Of a stretch of DNA of 64,000 nucleotides, positions 59,087 to 64,000 are shown piece by piece. The stretch comes from Anthoceros angustus. Its lineage: Eukaryota; Plantae; Anthocerotophyta. Positions within the stretch are counted from its first letter, which is position 1, and each line of letters begins with the position of its first letter. Under the pieces are notes generated by a model. That model was not told where the DNA came from and did no database searches. It saw only the letters and a list, made by a program, of their open reading frames with translations. The stretch is from the NCBI GenBank assembly GCA_010909165.1, contig VJWM01000301.1:49334-113333 (forward strand). Direction: 5' to 3'. The position numbers were made by a program, and so were the translations under genes.

Positions 59087-62000
59087 ATGGCTCCAAAAAG
59101 AAAACCTACTGGACCTGCTGGACCCGGGAAGAAGCAAGTACCCATGTCTGAAGTCATGTCAAAGCCCTTTACAAGACAACGAGTCAAGTCTGCCATTAGA
59201 CATACTGCAACTCATCCTCTCAATGATGACGGTAAAATCGATGGCGTTCTTGTCCATAGTGAGGGAACGTATTTGGTTCCAGTGAAGGAGTGTCCAAAAT
59301 TGCCAAGGCGATTTTCTTCTAAAATGGCTGCTCGGCGCGCAGCCGAGTTTGCTCAAAAGAGAAGAAGATTGGACACTCGTCCAGTTCCTTTGGTGGAGGG
59401 CCCTTTGTCCTAAATCACTAAATACGTCCCTGTTACTAAGAGAGGAGTCGATTTTGTTGGTGAAAATGAGCATTTGATCACTAATGACACTATGGTACTG
59501 GATGCTGCGAAGACATGTCTCCAGACTGTAAGTGTCTGTGGGGCGGGTTTCTTGCAGCAGGCCAACGATTGTCCCGCCATGCCATCTGGGGTTGGTGAGT
59601 TTTCCATTCCTGTTATTGCCCCTTATCTAGAAGTGGTCCCTGATCAAGAGTGTCTTGATATGTTTGAAAGATTGAGAGTTTCGGAGATGTGTCCGGAAGA
59701 TGATTTTGTTATGGGCGCTGAAGAGATTGAGGATGAAGTTAATTTCAGAGAGCAAGGGTTTGATCCTTCTGTTCCTGATGGTGCTGTTTTTGATGCTCTG
59801 AGTGGGGGTGAGGATAAGTCAAAGCGTCAAAACAATTGGTATCGAAGTAGATTGAGAGCCTTTATGAAAGTAAGTGGTGTTAGGGGTTGGGATAGAGTAG
59901 TAGAAGATATCCCCCATAAAGATCTGAACTTGATTCTGATACCTTTCTTCCATCAAGTGCGAAATCTGAAGAACAACCTCAGGTTCTCCCCAGAAACGTA
60001 AGTGTGTTTTTTTCATTGAGTATTTCGGTTTTTTGAATCTTTGGCATCTTACCCTTCTCTGTTTTTCAGGTTGATGTCCTTCTTCCGAGGGTTTAATCGG
60101 ATCTTGATAAGAAAGTGTGTTCTCGACCAAAGCCGTTTGGGTTCTGATGTCCCTATCATAAATATGTTCCATGGTATATTTCATGGGGCACAGGCTGCCC
60201 TGGTGGCCTCGATGAAGATCAGCAAGGACCTTGGCATTGTTTCTTGCCGTAAGGAGGTAAAGGTCATTTCTGATGATGATGAGCAGAGGATCCTTGCCCA
60301 CAGGGACCATCAATGTTCGTTTGGTCGTGGCGCTCAAAAGAGGTATATCTGCTCTTTCTTTTGAATTCAGTTGAAGGAAATTGTTGTTTGACCTTGAGTT
60401 CCTTCTGGTGCAGGTGTGCATACTTTTGTATGAATCGGTTTGGGGTTCGTGGTGGAGAGGAGCTACACAACCTCCTGATTATGGATTTCACCTTTGGATC
60501 AGATTCTCGCGGGAATTTTGTCCAGTAAGTTCCTCTTTGTGTCTTGTACAGTCAATGAATTTTTTGGGTATTGGCTGATTTCTAAACTGTTTGCAGGTAT
60601 GAGGAACGAATGTCAAAAAACTATAAGGTTGATATGCGAAACTACCAAAGCGAGCATTTTTGGCCAAAGCTCAAGAATTATGAGTTGGATGTGATCCAAA
60701 CCTTCAGGGCTGTTATTGATCACTCGCCGAAGTGGACTGAATGTGACCGAAATAAGGGTATCCAAGTGTTTTTGTTCAACTCGCCAATTGACAATCCGAG
60801 ATCAAATGTAAGTTTAATCTTTTGTTCTTTCCATCCTTTCCATTCATTGTTCTGTTCATTCATCTGTAAGTCATTCTTTTCTATTATGCACTAATTCGAA
60901 ACTGTTTCACCAGGCATGGTATGCAAAATTGCGTGTTTCGAAAGGGATGCTTTCTCGGTACATGAAGACAATGGCAGAAGCTGCTGGTCTTGAAGGCTAC
61001 TACACCAACAAGAGTTGTCGTGTGACACGTCTAACAATGGCTCAGGTGCCCTCTGATGCTGGCAGAAGTGTTACTGGGCACAAAACAAATGCTGGGTTTT
61101 CAAGGTACAGGGTGTGGTAGCTTATTCTCTTGGTTGTGTCCTTGTTTCTGATGGTTGTGTTCCTTTTTCTGATATCTTGTGGATTCCGCAGGTATGATAG
61201 GTCAGGGCAAGCGAAGCAGGCAGCAGCAGCAAGGGTTCTGGTGCCTGGAGAACGAAGATCTTACAAAGAGTTGCTGACTGAGGAACTCAACCGTATGCAA
61301 GATGATTTGTGTGGTGTGCTTCCATCAACTGTTGTTACTGTGACTCCGGAAGTTGTATTTGCGAGCCAGCCTGAAGATGTAAGTGTGTTTGGGTTTGAGG
61401 ATAAGCTTCTTCAAAAATGTTTTGACATTGTGTAATCGTAGGCTCATGTGAATTTCCCTTGCAAGCTCAAGGCGATCAAACTGTAAGTCAGCAATTTGTG
61501 TGATTTTGCGAATTTGTGGTTTGCAGAATCTCTGCTATGCTTTAGTGTGTTCTGACTGCTTCATTCTCAGGTTATGGCTGTTCCCACACCTGTAGAATTC
61601 ATCATGAAAATGGATTGCAAATCAATGTCAGCAGCATCTCAGATATTGTTGAAAGTTGTATTTTGCGTCCTGAAGTACAGGTTGGTACTCCTTGCTTGTT
61701 TTACCTGTAGGCGTTCTTTTATAATGTGGTTTAACTCCTTATGCTTTGACAGGTAAACAATGCAGTGGTTAAAAGCATTGCTCAGGAAAGGCAAATCAAT
61801 AACAGCAGACTAATGACTGGGACTATTCAAATTGAAAATGATGGCAGGGTAAAGTTTCTGACTGTAGAGTTTGTGACTGTTCATTCATTTGTGACTGTTT
61901 ATTCATTTGGAGTGCTTTTGGCAGATGTCAAATTTGTCTACCAAAGATGCAATCTCAACTACGAGTTTGAGCAGTTTCACTGTTCCAGACTTCAACATTG

Positions 62001-62661
62001 ATGGAGTGGTCTCTGAGTTGCGGCCTACTGTGCCTGCAAGTGATAAAGCGCCCAAAGTGCAACAAGATCGGAATTTGGCCATATTACACGTGACGGGTTC
62101 CAGAATGGGACCGGAATTCAGTAGCTTTAAATATTATCGATATCTCCGAGAACGGGACTTGGAATTTGATAGACAGAAAGTGGAGCGAGAGTTTCAACAG
62201 CGGAAAGAATTGGAGGCATTAATTGAGAGGCAGAGGCGGAAAGCCGTCGAACTCCGAGTATCAAAGCGAGGGAGAAAGCTCTGAAATTCAAAGGCAAAGA
62301 AATGCGAAGGAAGACAACAAAGAAGAAAACCGAGAGCAGAAGGAGCAAGAGAGGCGAGAATGCAAAGTGGAGACATCAGATCTAGAATGATCCTGGGCCT
62401 CGAGAAATTCCCAGATCCAATCATGAAAATCCCTCAGGAACTGTAAGTGTTGTTACACTCCCTTAATTAATTGTACTTGAGTGAAAATTAATGTTTGTGA
62501 TTGGGCAGGTTGTTTTACAAGAAAATGATGAATTTTTTCGAAGTCCTGAACTTCAGCAAGTTCTAGCGAGCTATGATAATGTTGGGGCCTATAAAACCAT
62601 CTCGACGCGTGAAAATTACATTTTTAACTTGTACAATTGTACAGTGAATTTTCCGAAATAA
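59087..62661 (+). CDS. Multi-exon DUF3504/Crypton-type tyrosine recombinase, with one in-frame stop at 59411-59413
   Basis: GT-AG exons 59087-59997, 60070-60342, 60414-60524, 60597-60807, 60914-61104 and 61192-61378 join in frame. They give MNRFGVRGGEELHNL, YEERMSKN, AWY...MAEAAGLEGYYTNKSCR, VTGHKT and SRY. Probable further exons at 61442-61482, 61571-61680, 61753-61848, 61925-62442 and 62509-62661 need at least one frameshift and end IFNLYNCTVNFPK*. The N-terminus MAPKRK is NLS-like. Confidence 0.82.
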
Positions 62662-63209
62662 GGTCAGTATGATTTCTGAAGTAACTTTGGTTATTGCTTT
62701 ATATTTTTGTTTTGCTATTACTCACTTAATTTATATTTTTATGTAGGTCTTATTGTGGCAGTAACGGGGATCAATCTATCCGGGTATTTACTCTATGTTG
62801 TTTTAATTTGACTTTCATTATATTCTGGATATACAGGAAACTCAACAAAGAAAAGGTTTCTTTGTTGGTTTTTTGTATATCCTGGATCCGCATGAATGGT
62901 GTTTAATCGAATATGTTTTACCGCCATTTAGCGATTTGGGATTCTAGGATGAGCTTTCATCTAGATGTACCGTATTCGCTGAGTTAATTTTTTCCACCGC
63001 CGCCATGGTTTCAACAGCTATGGTGGATGCATTTCACCTGACATGCCATATTTTTTACTCTGTTGTAATAGATTTTACTATATTGAGTAAATAAAATGAC
63101 CAAATGGTCAATTCTCTCTCTAGAAATCTATCCTCTAGGCCCCGAAAAAAAACCGAGGTAGCGCGTCGAGGCCCCAGACGAGGCCGCGACTTTACGATTT
63201 TGGGACGGT

Positions 63210-63320
63210 TGTGGAGTGATTTTCTAAACCAAGTGGTCACAAAGAGGCCACATTTACCCTCTTTATCGTTGTAGACTTGAGATTCGTACCCAAGGGAGTG
63301 ATTTCGTGTCAAGACAACCA
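63210..63320 (-). repeat. 3' end of an LTR related to family G
   Basis: Shares TGTGGA, AAAGAGGCCACATTTACCCTCT and CCCAAGGGA.TG.TTT.GTGTCAAGA with 40100-40205. Confidence 0.65.
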
Positions 63321-63540
63321 AAACATAGCCAATCCAACCAAACACGACACACCAAACATCTAGCGCTGACAGCTACTACCCTAACAACACTCACTGTGGC
63401 TATCTTAGCCACGCGACCGATACCCCGAACGGATGACCTTGCTAACTTAGCAACCGCCTCTATTTCTAGAGGGGGGGTCCACCTTGGGATCAGTCGGCTA
63501 TTAGGTGGGTCCTGTCGGGATCCAAGTGGATAAAGCTGAT

Positions 63541-63560
63541 CTCTCTCTCTCTCTCTCTCT
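63541..63560. repeat. (CT)10 microsatellite
   Basis: Direct reading of the sequence. Confidence 0.95.
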
Positions 63561-63624
63561 TACTCATCCACAAAGTTAGATCCACCAATGATTACGCCTC
63601 ATAACTCTTCCCCTCCTCCTCTCA

Positions 63625-64000
63625 CTCTTGCAAGATTTTTATTGCTGCATACCATCTTCTATGCAAAACATGCAATAGTGTTAGTGAAACATTAACAGGT
63701 ACCGTTTCATTATCTGCCAGTAATGCCCAGGCTTTTTCTTCATAAGGTTTAATAACAGGTTTAATTCTGTTAAACCCAATTTAAATCTGATGTAGGCATT
63801 CATGTGGCTGTCTGCTACATGGTGTATCAATTGCTTCACCGTCCATCCACCATCGCGATATGCTGTGTTTAATTGAACTGCATCGAATGTTTGTACAGCT
63901 CTTTCCAGTTCTTCGGGCAGTAACTGAATATCTCTTAACCATTCAATTTTTGCGCCTCAGAAAATGGCTTCAGTTCATATTTCCCAATTGGGTAACGCTC
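63625..64000 (-). pseudogene. yfiT: Bacterial YfiT/BstA-family (DinB superfamily) putative bacillithiol transferase fragment, running off the window edge
   Basis: Manual translation with two frameshifts gives [120 protein letters not shown]. This matches the recognisable YfiT motifs RYPIG, YR.GGWT..Q..HH.ADSHMN.Y.RFKL.LTE, IKPY.E..W and LH.RW. No introns. Confidence 0.88.

Noticed and set aside
59411-59413. Stop codon rescued by U-to-C RNA editing
   Set aside because: That editing is organellar; this is an intron-containing nuclear-type gene.
57880-63180. Terminal inverted repeats around the recombinase gene
   Set aside because: Only ~15 imperfectly matching GC-rich bases, not distinguishable from chance.
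1-64000. tRNA or rRNA genes
   Set aside because: Only 11-18-nt primer-binding sites complementary to tRNA ends were found, with no cloverleaf or rRNA-like sequence.

Overview
Eukaryotic, almost certainly land-plant, heterochromatic DNA made mostly of nested transposons. A PLS-class PPR fragment, Athila-type tRNA-Asp primer sites and very short introns suggest a seed-free plant; that assignment is inference. In order, the window holds: the right end of a CACTA element carrying a PPR fragment; two Athila-like Ty3/gypsy families (called G and H here) with env-like extra ORFs; five Ty1/copia families (A-E), three of them full-length with TSDs; a solo LTR; and a Sola1-like DNA transposon with TIRs, an AATT TSD and an internal 1.85-kb tandem duplication. 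Near the right end is a multi-exon DUF3504/Crypton-type tyrosine recombinase gene (59087-62661). At the extreme right edge is a bacterial YfiT/DinB-family gene fragment missed by the ORF track. A TSD and an Athila element that are each split between 21 kb and 53-55 kb indicate a ~33-kb inversion between two inverted copia-E LTRs. Many frameshifts cluster at CG/CHG sites and homopolymers and may be long-read consensus errors rather than real decay. No rRNA, tRNA or CRISPR array is supported.
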